Shown here: positions 9,708 through 18,596 of the stretch, piece by piece | Layout: each line of letters begins with the position of its first letter | How positions within the stretch are numbered: position 1 is the first letter of the stretch | NCBI GenBank assembly: GCA_944342015.1 | Contig: CALVMC010000001.1 | Coordinates: 249,241 to 313,240, forward strand | Direction of reading: 5' to 3' | Length of the DNA: 64,000 nucleotides | Source: an uncultured Clostridia bacterium | GTDB taxonomy: Bacteria; Bacillota; Clostridia; Christensenellales; CALVMC01 | Notes under the pieces: model-generated | Database searches by the model: none | What the model saw: only the letters and a program-made list of their open reading frames with translations | What the model was told of the DNA's origin: nothing | Translations under genes and position numbers: made by a program

Positions 9708-11029
9708 TAATCCCTCCGCTTACCGAACATAGAACCCGTTTTGACTTTTTCTATCCCAATCGACATAAACTTTCCTATATCTTGTTGATTTCCTTCGAAA
9801 TTAACCATTCTTCCGCAGTCTGTTCTTCCGCAAACCATTCCTTCATATCTCGAAAAATCTTCGGTTAAAACTTCCATATCCTTACCGATTAGCTTTTTAT
9901 TGTTTTCTGCCGTAATTTTGTTTTGCAACGCTACAAGTTCAATAATTCTTTTTCTTTTAGTCTGCTCGTCTATTTGCTCCATTTTTGAAGCTGCGGTAAA
10001 TCTTCTCGGAGAATATACAAAAGTAAAAGCCGATGAAAATTTTATTGTTTTAACGGCATTTAAAGTCTGCTCGAAATCTTCTTCGGTTTCCGTCGGAAAT
10101 CCGACCATAATATCGGTTGTAATTCCTATATCGGGAATAATTTTTCTTGCATAGTCTATTATGGAAAGATATTTTTCCATATTGTATTTTCTGTTCATAT
10201 CTTTTAATACCTTATCGCTTCCGGACTGCAAAGGTAAATGAATATGATTACAGATATTCGGCGAATCCGCCATTATATCGATAATGTTTTCATTAAAATC
10301 TTTCGGGTGGGAAGTCATAAATCGAAGTCGGAATTTTCCATTTATTTTAGATATTTCCGAAAGCAATCCGTCAAATCCCTCTCCGTCTTCGGATTTATAA
10401 GAATTTACATTTTGACCAAGTAAAGTTATTTCCTTATAACCTTTTTCCAACAAACCGTAAAGTTCACATAAAATTTCTTGTTTATTCCTGCTTCTTTCCC
10501 TGCCTCTGACATAAGGCACAATGCAATAAGTACAAAAATTATCGCAACCGTACATAATATTCAGCCATGCGTTTGTACGGTCGCTTCTTAACGCAGGCAA
10601 ATTTTCTATTTTGGAAGAATCCAATTCGATATCGATAAATCTTTTTAATCCCGAATTGATTTTTTCAATTGCCGATTTCAACATTTTGGAATTACTCGTT
10701 CCCAAAACTATATCGATAAAAGGAAATTTTGAAATCAATTCGTCAGCCTTACCTTTCTGCTGAACCATACAACCACAAACAGCAACTATAAGAGAAGGTT
10801 TTAATTTTTTAAGTTTTTTTACCATTCCTATTTTGCTCTCAGCTTTTTTTTCGGCGTTATCTCTTATACAACAAGTATTAAAAATTATAATATCGGCTTT
10901 TTCCATTTCCGAACAAGGTAAATAGCCGCTCTCGTAAAGGATACCGGCTAATTTTTCCGATTCGTGAACATTCATTTGACAACCGTAAGTAATTATATTG
11001 AAATATTTTTGAGATGAATTCACTTGCAT
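9707..11029 (-). CDS. miaB: tRNA-2-methylthio-N6-dimethylallyladenosine synthase (radical SAM methylthiotransferase)
   Basis: 440 aa. UPF0004 domain (TYGCQMNVHESE), radical SAM CDNFCTYC, C-terminal TRAM domain. Its stop overlaps the mutS start by 1 nt. Confidence 0.9.
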   Translation of the reverse strand: MQVNSSQKYFNIITYGCQMNVHESEKLAGILYESGYLPCSEMEKADIIIFNTCCIRDNAEKKAESKIGMVKKLKKLKPSLIVAVCGCMVQQKGKADELISKFPFIDIVLGTSNSKMLKSAIEKINSGLKRFIDIELDSSKIENLPALRSDRTNAWLNIMYGCDNFCTYCIVPYVRGRERSRNKQEILCELYGLLEKGYKEITLLGQNVNSYKSEDGEGFDGLLSEISKINGKFRLRFMTSHPKDFNENIIDIMADSPNICNHIHLPLQSGSDKVLKDMNRKYNMEKYLSIIDYARKIIPDIGITTDIMVGFPTETEEDFEQTLNAVKTIKFSSAFTFVYSPRRFTAASKMEQIDEQTKRKRIIELVALQNKITAENNKKLIGKDMEVLTEDFSRYEGMVCGRTDCGRMVNFEGNQQDIGKFMSIGIEKVKTGSMFGKRRD

Positions 11030-11113
11030 ATTAAAATAAATTATATATTAAATAAAAAAAAATAACAAGTCAAAAAACCGAATATAACTATTTTCTTTTC
11101 AAATACTAAATTT

Positions 11114-13402
11114 ATGATGAAAAAGGTTTTAAAATCCTTATCGGTAGTTCTGGTTATAATTATGATTGCTATTATATTTTATGTGGCAACCGTTATAAGC
11201 GGAGTAAGTTTAAATACCGACAAACTTTGCACGGAAAATAATCCCTCTGCTTTTTTTGATTATAACGGTAATAAAATCGATTTTTTTATTCCGGAATATG
11301 TAACGTACGAAAATATTTCCGATAACTTAAAAAAAGCTTTCATTGCAATAGAAGATAAAAGATTTTTCACTCACGGAGGAATAGATTTAATAAGAACAAT
11401 AGGCGCCGCAGCTGAAAACTTAAAAACTTTATCTTTTAAAGAAGGCGGTTCCACCATAACGCAACAATTAGCAAAAAACACACAGTTAAGTAACGAAAAA
11501 ACCATTAACAGAAAACTGAAAGAAGCAAAACTTGCTTTGGAATTGGAAAAAAATTATACAAAAGAAGAAATATTGGAAATGTATCTGAATGTAATTTACT
11601 TCGGTTCCGGCTGCTACGGAATAAACGAAGCAGCTCATTATTATTTCGATAAAACTCCCGACAAACTTACCTTAAAAGAATGCGCAATACTTGCAGGCAT
11701 TGTAAAAAATCCTTCCAAATATTCCCCCGGTACAAATCCTGAAAATGCAACACAAAGAAGCAATCAAGTACTTGCTGCTATGAAAGATAATAATTTCATA
11801 ACTAACAAAGAAAAAGAATCTGCCGAAAAAGAAGAAATTATTATAAAAAACACTGTAAACAATAATAGTTACAATTATCCTTATGTAAATATGGTACTGC
11901 AAGAAAGTATGGCAATACTAAATATAGGAAAAACGCAACTTTTAAACGGCGGATATAAAATTGAAACCTATTATGACGATAATTACCAAAAATTTCTTTA
12001 TCAAGCACTTTCCGATAAAAATAATTACTCTGTAAACTCATACGGAAATATTTCCGACGGAATGGGAATACTTGCCGACAATTCTACTAACGGTATAAAA
12101 GGTTTTTATTCAACCTTTAATTTAAATGTCGACGAATTTAAAAGGCAACCCGGTTCTTCCATAAAACCAATTGCCGTATATGCACCTGCACTCGAAAACA
12201 ATCTTATCAATCTTCTTTCACCTATACTTGACGAAAAAACCGAATTTGAAAACGGTTATTCCCCAGATAACTATAAAAATACTTATTACGGATGGGTATC
12301 GCCCACTTTTGCGCTGGCAAAATCGTTAAATATACCGGCAGTAAAAATAATGGAAACACTCGGTACCGAAAAATCTTTTCAATTTCTTAACAATCTCGAT
12401 ATTTCGCTCTCAGAGTCTGACGGACTCGCAACCGCACTCGGCGGAATGACTTATGGTGTAAACATAAAACAACTATGCGCCGCATATCAAAGTTTTGCAA
12501 ACAACGGCAATTACAAAAAACTAAGTTGCATAAGCAAAATATACGATAAAGAAGGTAAAATTATTTACGATTTCACTTCAAGAACAGTTAAAAAAATAAT
12601 GAGCGAAGAAAACGCTTATCTTCTAACAAAAATGCTTCAATATACCGCAAAAGAAGGCACTGCTAAAAAACTTTCGGATTTAAATTGCGAAATTGCCGCA
12701 AAAACCGGCACAGTATCAGCTTCCGACAGCAATTTTAATACAGACGCCTGGTGCGTTTCCTATACTAAAAATGTCACATCTGTAATATGGCAAGGCAATG
12801 CGGACGGTAGTGCGGAAAAATTATTATCTTCATCAAGCGGTGGCGGCTCTTATCCGGCTTCTATAACAAAAGAAATACTAAAAAAAATTATAAGTAACGA
12901 AGATAGATTTTACAAACCTTTGGGTGTTTGTAATTTGAAAATAGATAAAAAAGTACTTGAAAATTATCATCAAGTAATGCTTGCAAAAGAAAATACACCC
13001 GAAGAATTTGTTATATGCGAAGACTTTAATTCTTCAAATATTCCCACACAAGTATCTTTTTTAGATTATATTTTCGAAAACAACGGCTTTTCCGCATCTC
13101 TGCAAACGGACAGAATACTGCTCTCATTCAACGGCGAACTAGGAAAAAAATATAAATTATATAAAATTTCGAAAAACGAAAAATTACTTTTAGACGAGTT
13201 TTCCATAACAAACCAACCGTATTCTCTGTACGATAACGATATAAACGACCAAGAAAAAATAATTTATAGGATTGAAAGTTACAGAAATATTTTCGGTATA
13301 GAATTCGAAGATAAACCGCCATTGATTTTAGAAGTAAATCTAAAACAGGAATATGAAAATAAGGAATTAAAAATTGAAAAATTTTATAAGTATTTTAATT
13401 AA
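11114..13402 (+). CDS. Class A penicillin-binding protein (glycosyltransferase + transpeptidase), PBP1A family
   Basis: 762 aa. Has an N-terminal TM segment. GT51 motifs (EDKRFFTHGGID, GGSTITQQL). Transpeptidase motifs SxxK (GSSIKP) and KTG (AKTGT). Confidence 0.9.
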   Translation: MMKKVLKSLSVVLVIIMIAIIFYVATVISGVSLNTDKLCTENNPSAFFDYNGNKIDFFIPEYVTYENISDNLKKAFIAIEDKRFFTHGGIDLIRTIGAAAENLKTLSFKEGGSTITQQLAKNTQLSNEKTINRKLKEAKLALELEKNYTKEEILEMYLNVIYFGSGCYGINEAAHYYFDKTPDKLTLKECAILAGIVKNPSKYSPGTNPENATQRSNQVLAAMKDNNFITNKEKESAEKEEIIIKNTVNNNSYNYPYVNMVLQESMAILNIGKTQLLNGGYKIETYYDDNYQKFLYQALSDKNNYSVNSYGNISDGMGILADNSTNGIKGFYSTFNLNVDEFKRQPGSSIKPIAVYAPALENNLINLLSPILDEKTEFENGYSPDNYKNTYYGWVSPTFALAKSLNIPAVKIMETLGTEKSFQFLNNLDISLSESDGLATALGGMTYGVNIKQLCAAYQSFANNGNYKKLSCISKIYDKEGKIIYDFTSRTVKKIMSEENAYLLTKMLQYTAKEGTAKKLSDLNCEIAAKTGTVSASDSNFNTDAWCVSYTKNVTSVIWQGNADGSAEKLLSSSSGGGSYPASITKEILKKIISNEDRFYKPLGVCNLKIDKKVLENYHQVMLAKENTPEEFVICEDFNSSNIPTQVSFLDYIFENNGFSASLQTDRILLSFNGELGKKYKLYKISKNEKLLLDEFSITNQPYSLYDNDINDQEKIIYRIESYRNIFGIEFEDKPPLILEVNLKQEYENKELKIEKFYKYFN

Positions 13403-13420
13403 AACTGTTAAATAAAATAC

Positions 13421-14581
13421 TTACTCGTTATTTGTTATAATTTGCTTTTCGGTATTATCTATCGCATTTTTAATTAATGTTTCTATATCTAACTTTTTTT
13501 CCTGCTCAATAACTTCTTCATATACCGGTTTAATTACAGGATTTTCCGGAAGAAAAACAGTGCAACAATCTTCATAAGGCAAAATACTGGTCTCGAAAGT
13601 GCCTATATGTTTTGCCGTTGAAATTATTTCTTCTTTATCCATTCCGATTAAAGGTCTGAAAACAGGCATTTGAGCAACACTGTTAGTAACATATATGCTT
13701 TGCATTGTCTGACTTGCGACTTGGCCTAAACTTTCACCCGTTATAATCGCTCCGCAATGTGATTTTCTGGCAAGAATTTCGGCAATTCTCATCATTATTC
13801 TTCTCATTAATGTTATCATGAATCTGTTATCGCAATTTTTATGAATTGCTTCCTGAACCTCGGTAAAAGGAACAACGTAAAGTTCTATTTCCATTCCGTA
13901 TTTTACAAGAATCGAAGCAAGGTCGATAACTTTTTGTTTTGCGAGTTCGCTAGTATAAGGAAAACTGTGAAAATGAACCGCCTTTAATTTGACTCCTCTT
14001 TTGATCATTCTGAAACCGGCAACCGGACTGTCTATTCCGCCCGAAAGCAAAAGCATACCGTTCCCGGATGTACCCACAGGCATTCCGTGCTCACACATAA
14101 TTTTATCGCTTAAAATGTATGTGAAACCGTTTTCTCGCATATCGATATAGACTTCTTTATCGAAATTAAATAAATCGACTTTGAGATTAGGCTTTTGAGA
14201 AAGAATATAAGCGCCGATTTCGCCGCTTAACCGGGTAGATGAAATTTTTATACTGTTATCCGCCCTTTTAACGGTTACCCTGAAAGTAGTGTCGCCCGCA
14301 AAATTTACCGATGCTTTTTTAATTTCTTCAATATCGGTTTTTATTTTAACGGCTCTGCTTAAAGAATGTAATCCGATAACCCTTTTAAGTTTTTCTATTA
14401 TCTCATCTTCTTCTTCCGATAAGTAATTTTCAATAAAATATCTTCCCCGTGTAACCGAAAGGATAAAATTATTATTTTTTAAAGCAAATTTTATATTATT
14501 CAATAGTATTTTTTCAAAATATTGTTTATTCCTGCCTTTTAAATATATTTCTCCGAATCTTAATAATATAGTTTTTTCCAT
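13421..14581 (-). CDS. thiI: tRNA 4-thiouridine synthase ThiI (no rhodanese domain)
   Basis: The ORF-track start at 14653 overlaps the upstream gene. ATG at 14581 (MEKTILLRFGEIYLKG) begins 11 nt after the upstream stop. Has THUMP and PP-loop (SGGIDSPVA) domains. Confidence 0.9.
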   Translation of the reverse strand: MEKTILLRFGEIYLKGRNKQYFEKILLNNIKFALKNNNFILSVTRGRYFIENYLSEEEDEIIEKLKRVIGLHSLSRAVKIKTDIEEIKKASVNFAGDTTFRVTVKRADNSIKISSTRLSGEIGAYILSQKPNLKVDLFNFDKEVYIDMRENGFTYILSDKIMCEHGMPVGTSGNGMLLLSGGIDSPVAGFRMIKRGVKLKAVHFHSFPYTSELAKQKVIDLASILVKYGMEIELYVVPFTEVQEAIHKNCDNRFMITLMRRIMMRIAEILARKSHCGAIITGESLGQVASQTMQSIYVTNSVAQMPVFRPLIGMDKEEIISTAKHIGTFETSILPYEDCCTVFLPENPVIKPVYEEVIEQEKKLDIETLIKNAIDNTEKQIITNNE

Positions 14582-14591
14582 AATATACCGC

Positions 14592-15719
14592 CTAAAATAA
14601 TTTTTTATATAAAACACTTGTTTCTTCGCATATTTTATCACATAAAAAAGCACATTCGTCTTCGTTATTAAATTCGGAAAAGCTTATTCTTAAAATTCCG
14701 TTTTCATATTCTTTACCGAGTTTTAATTCTTCCGCAAAACGAAGATTTCCTTTTAAGGAATTACAAGCCGAACCCGTTCCGACTAAAATTTCGTGTTTTT
14801 CCAATAAGTGCAACAAAATTTCCGATTTAAGATTTTTAAAAGCAACACAAAGAATATGCGGAGCACAATTATTTAAATCTGTAATTATTTTTAAATCTTT
14901 TATATTTTCCTGCAATGTTTTTGCTGTTTTAACAAGAAGCTGCTTTATGCAAGATTTATCTGTTTTAAAAAATTTTTGCGAAGCGTAAGAAAATGCGCAA
15001 ATCGCACCTGCATTTTCTGTAGAAGACCTTAGTCCTTTTTCCTGTCCGCCACCGTAAATTATAGGCGATAATTTTACTCCGTTTGCAACGTATAGAAACC
15101 CGCAACCTTTTGGCGCATGGATTTTATGCGAACTTACAGAATACAAATCCACCGGACAATTATCCAACCTGAAAGGCAATTTGCCGTAAGACTGAACCGC
15201 ATCGGTATGAAAAATTGTTTTATCGTTCTTCTCTTTAACTTTTTTTGAAATTTTCGATATATCGTTAATTGCACCCGTTAGGCTATTAACATGCATTATA
15301 GAAACCAACGAGGTATTGCCGTCAATTAATGAACACAAACTTTCCTCGTTAACGCTTCCGTCGCTGTTTGTTTCGGCAAACACTACTTCAAAATCGTCAT
15401 TTTTTAATTGATTGACAGAATTCAATACAGCGGAATGTTCGGCTTTCGATGATATTATTCTGCTGCCTTTTGCCTTTTTTAATCCGAATAATGCGAGACT
15501 GTCGGCTTCGCTTCCGGAAGAAGTAAAAATTATATTTCCCTTCGAAGCCTTAATCAATGCAGAGATTTCCAAGCGCGATTTTTCTATATCTTTTTTTATT
15601 TCTACGGCAGGACCGTATAAAGCAGACGGATTGTAATATTTATTTAAATTATAATCATTTAAAATCTCTGCACATTCTTTATAAACACGAGTAGTAGACG
15701 CATTGTCGAAAAAATACAT
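14592..15719 (-). CDS. Cysteine desulfurase (NifS/NifZ-like, class V aminotransferase) paired with ThiI
   Basis: 375 aa. PLP lysine motif SSHKIHAPKG and C-terminal active-site Cys (GSACNS). The nifZ-thiI pairing is known from Bacillus. Confidence 0.85.
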   Translation of the reverse strand: MYFFDNASTTRVYKECAEILNDYNLNKYYNPSALYGPAVEIKKDIEKSRLEISALIKASKGNIIFTSSGSEADSLALFGLKKAKGSRIISSKAEHSAVLNSVNQLKNDDFEVVFAETNSDGSVNEESLCSLIDGNTSLVSIMHVNSLTGAINDISKISKKVKEKNDKTIFHTDAVQSYGKLPFRLDNCPVDLYSVSSHKIHAPKGCGFLYVANGVKLSPIIYGGGQEKGLRSSTENAGAICAFSYASQKFFKTDKSCIKQLLVKTAKTLQENIKDLKIITDLNNCAPHILCVAFKNLKSEILLHLLEKHEILVGTGSACNSLKGNLRFAEELKLGKEYENGILRISFSEFNNEDECAFLCDKICEETSVLYKKLF

Positions 15720-15720
15720 A

Positions 15721-16230
15721 TTATTCCTCTTTAATTTTATTCTTATCTATTAAGAACTCAAAATAAGTATCTAAATTAAAACCGTAGATTTTTTTATCGG
15801 TTTTGATAATCAAAAAATTATCTGAACCGCTTTCGGTAAAAGCAAGACAGTTTCTTGAAACAACAATTTTACCGTCATCGATATCATCATTTTTTTTATT
15901 ATATATTAAATCACATTTTTTTACAAGAATTACTTCTTCCGATTCCATCTCTTTAATAATTCTTTTTTTGCTTCCGTTATTTTTATATAATCTTATTTTA
16001 TTGTTTGAGTATTCTAATTCAAGCCATAATTTATAATAGTTTGAAATGTACGCCAATATCGAACCTATTATTATCAAAAGGATTCCCGTTATAATATATT
16101 GCTTTTCCGAATAAAATCCCAAAAATACAAAATAAACTCCAACTATAAAAAACAAAACGGCAAGTAAAAGCGTCGATTTGGAAATGTTGGTTTTTTTGTC
16201 ATTTATTTTTTCTTTTAAAACATAACACAT
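15721..16230 (-). CDS. Hypothetical two-TM membrane protein with a small C-terminal soluble domain
   Basis: 169 aa. Two hydrophobic helices (LLLAVLFFIVGVYFVFLGF, IITGILLIIIGSILAYI). The start overlaps the mutS2 stop by 1 nt (TAATG). It ends 1 nt before the desulfurase start. No recognisable family. Confidence 0.6.
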   Translation of the reverse strand: MCYVLKEKINDKKTNISKSTLLLAVLFFIVGVYFVFLGFYSEKQYIITGILLIIIGSILAYISNYYKLWLELEYSNNKIRLYKNNGSKKRIIKEMESEEVILVKKCDLIYNKKNDDIDDGKIVVSRNCLAFTESGSDNFLIIKTDKKIYGFNLDTYFEFLIDKNKIKEE

Positions 16231-18596
16231 TATTGTAATGTTACTACGGTTACCCCGCCTTCTCCTTCTCCGAATCTGCCCGCTCTGAAATCTTTTACGT
16301 TAGGATGATTTTTAAAATGTTCTGAAAGACCTTCTTTAAGTATACCTTTACCCCTTCCGTGTATTATCGTTATTTCGCTGTAACCTGCAATCAAAGCCTT
16401 ATCTATAAACATATCCACATTATAAATCGCCTCATCGAGATTTTGCCCTATTACATTAATTTTGCTTCCGGGTTGAGCGGAATTTATTTCTTTTGAAACG
16501 GTTACGGTAGAATTTTTAATCTTATCGTAATTTGCCTTTTTATTTATTATTTTTTCGCTCGCCGGTTTTTTCAGTTTTGCCAAATCGTTAATTTTTACAT
16601 TGCTTTCTATATTTGAAGAAAGTATTACTACCGCATTATTTTTATTTATCGATTTTACCACCGCAACCGTATTTAACGATTTAATAAGCACTTTGTCGGA
16701 AACATTGATTTTCTCATCCGTTGTTTCCGGTTCAGGTTTTTCCTCCAAAGGAACCTTCAAATTTTCAAGTCTTTTTTTCATTTCTCCGACTTTAAAAATA
16801 TTTTTCACATCAGAGCTATGCGAAAGTTCTTTTATTTCATTTAAAATTACTTCCGCTTCATTGATATAATCTTCCAATAAATCGTTTGTTTTAGCTTTTA
16901 ATTTATAATTCAATTCATCACGCATTTTATCGAGTTCTGTTTTTTCTTTTTCGATTTCAGCTAATATTTTTTTTGATTTAATTAAATTCTCTTCGCTTTC
17001 AGCCCTGTTTTTATCTGCTATTTTTTTTGATTCTTCGGCGGCATTGATTATTTTTTCAAATTTTACCTTTTCAGGAGAAATCATATTTTCAGCTTTATTT
17101 ATAATTTCAGAATCCAATCCCAGTCTTTTTGCAATTTTTAAAGCATTCGATGCGCCTACCGCTGCTAAATTTAATTTATATGTCGGCTCAAAAGTTTCGG
17201 GATTAAAATCCATAGAAGCATTTTCCATTCTTTTTTCAGTCATCGCATATTCTTTTAATTCATTAAAATGGCTCGTAATTACTCCTATAACTCCTTTATT
17301 CAATAAAAATTCACTTACCGCAACGGCAAGACAAGCTCCTTCGGAAGGATCTGTGCCCGCACCAAGTTCGTCAAGCAAAACAAGTGAATTATTATCGGCT
17401 TTTTTGCAAATTTCGACAATATTCGCAAGATGAGCAGAAAAGGTACTTAACGAAAGTTCAATATTTTGCTCATCTCCGATATCGCAAAATATATCTTTGA
17501 AAAACGCTATTTCAGCTTCATATGCCGGCAAAAACAGTCCGCTATATGCCATAAGACAGAATAAACCCGTCATTTTCAAAGTAACCGTTTTGCCTCCCGT
17601 ATTAGGTCCGCTTATTAATAAAAACAAAAATTTTTCACCTGTTTTTATATCGACAGGCACTACTTTTTTACTTTCTATCAACGGATGTCTACCTTGTATT
17701 ATTTCGATTTTTCTTTTATCGTTCAGTTTCGGTTTGACGGCTTTTATATTTTCAGCAAAATAAGCTTTTGCAAATATTCCGTCAAGGCAAGCGATATTCT
17801 CGTTATTACTTTTCAAAGCTTCATAAAGCTGCGCAGTTTTTTCCGTAAGTTCTTCAAGAATTCTTTCGATTTCAGCCTGTTCCGCCGAATGCATTTCTTT
17901 TAATTCGTTATTTAATTGCAGTACCTCAATAGGCTCTATAAAAGTTGTGGCACCGGATTGCGACTGACCGCAAACCAACCCTTTTACAAAATTCTTATAT
18001 TCGCTTTTTACAGGTATAACATATCGACCGTCACGAATGGTTATTATAGCGTCCTGTAAATATTTCCGATATTGAACACCGTTTATATAAGAATTCAATT
18101 TTTCTTTTATCTTTTCACCGATACGCAATATGGAATATCTTATGGAACGCAGTTTGTCGGACGCAGTATCTGCCATTTCATTTTCGGATATAATTTTAAT
18201 TTCTATTTCCTTTGCAAATTCCGATTCGTCAGTTATCTTATCGTAATACTTTTTTAAATAATTCAATTTACATTCCGATAATAGTTTCAGCAATTTTGAT
18301 GCGACTATTATATTTTGAGCGACTTTTAATAAATCTCCCATTGTAAGTATTATCGACTTTTTAGAAAACTCCAATATCGAATCAATATCGTTAACAGAAA
18401 AATAAGGAACCTTAATTTGTTGAAATAATATATTGTACGCCTCTTCTGTTTCGTTTTGCAGTTCTATCGCATTCTGAAATGTAGAAGCAGGAATTAAATT
18501 TTTGACATTTATCTTACCTTTTTCAGAAGACGCAAATACAGTCAATTTATCAAGTATTTTATTAAACTCCAATCTATGCAAAGTTCTGCTTTCCAT
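16230..18596 (-). CDS. mutS2: Endonuclease MutS2 (MutS-II ATPase + C-terminal Smr domain)
   Basis: 788 aa. Walker A GPNTGGKTV, DELGAGTDPSEG, a coiled-coil linker, and a C-terminal Smr domain (IIHGRGKGILK). Confidence 0.95.
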   Translation of the reverse strand: MESRTLHRLEFNKILDKLTVFASSEKGKINVKNLIPASTFQNAIELQNETEEAYNILFQQIKVPYFSVNDIDSILEFSKKSIILTMGDLLKVAQNIIVASKLLKLLSECKLNYLKKYYDKITDESEFAKEIEIKIISENEMADTASDKLRSIRYSILRIGEKIKEKLNSYINGVQYRKYLQDAIITIRDGRYVIPVKSEYKNFVKGLVCGQSQSGATTFIEPIEVLQLNNELKEMHSAEQAEIERILEELTEKTAQLYEALKSNNENIACLDGIFAKAYFAENIKAVKPKLNDKRKIEIIQGRHPLIESKKVVPVDIKTGEKFLFLLISGPNTGGKTVTLKMTGLFCLMAYSGLFLPAYEAEIAFFKDIFCDIGDEQNIELSLSTFSAHLANIVEICKKADNNSLVLLDELGAGTDPSEGACLAVAVSEFLLNKGVIGVITSHFNELKEYAMTEKRMENASMDFNPETFEPTYKLNLAAVGASNALKIAKRLGLDSEIINKAENMISPEKVKFEKIINAAEESKKIADKNRAESEENLIKSKKILAEIEKEKTELDKMRDELNYKLKAKTNDLLEDYINEAEVILNEIKELSHSSDVKNIFKVGEMKKRLENLKVPLEEKPEPETTDEKINVSDKVLIKSLNTVAVVKSINKNNAVVILSSNIESNVKINDLAKLKKPASEKIINKKANYDKIKNSTVTVSKEINSAQPGSKINVIGQNLDEAIYNVDMFIDKALIAGYSEITIIHGRGKGILKEGLSEHFKNHPNVKDFRAGRFGEGEGGVTVVTLQ

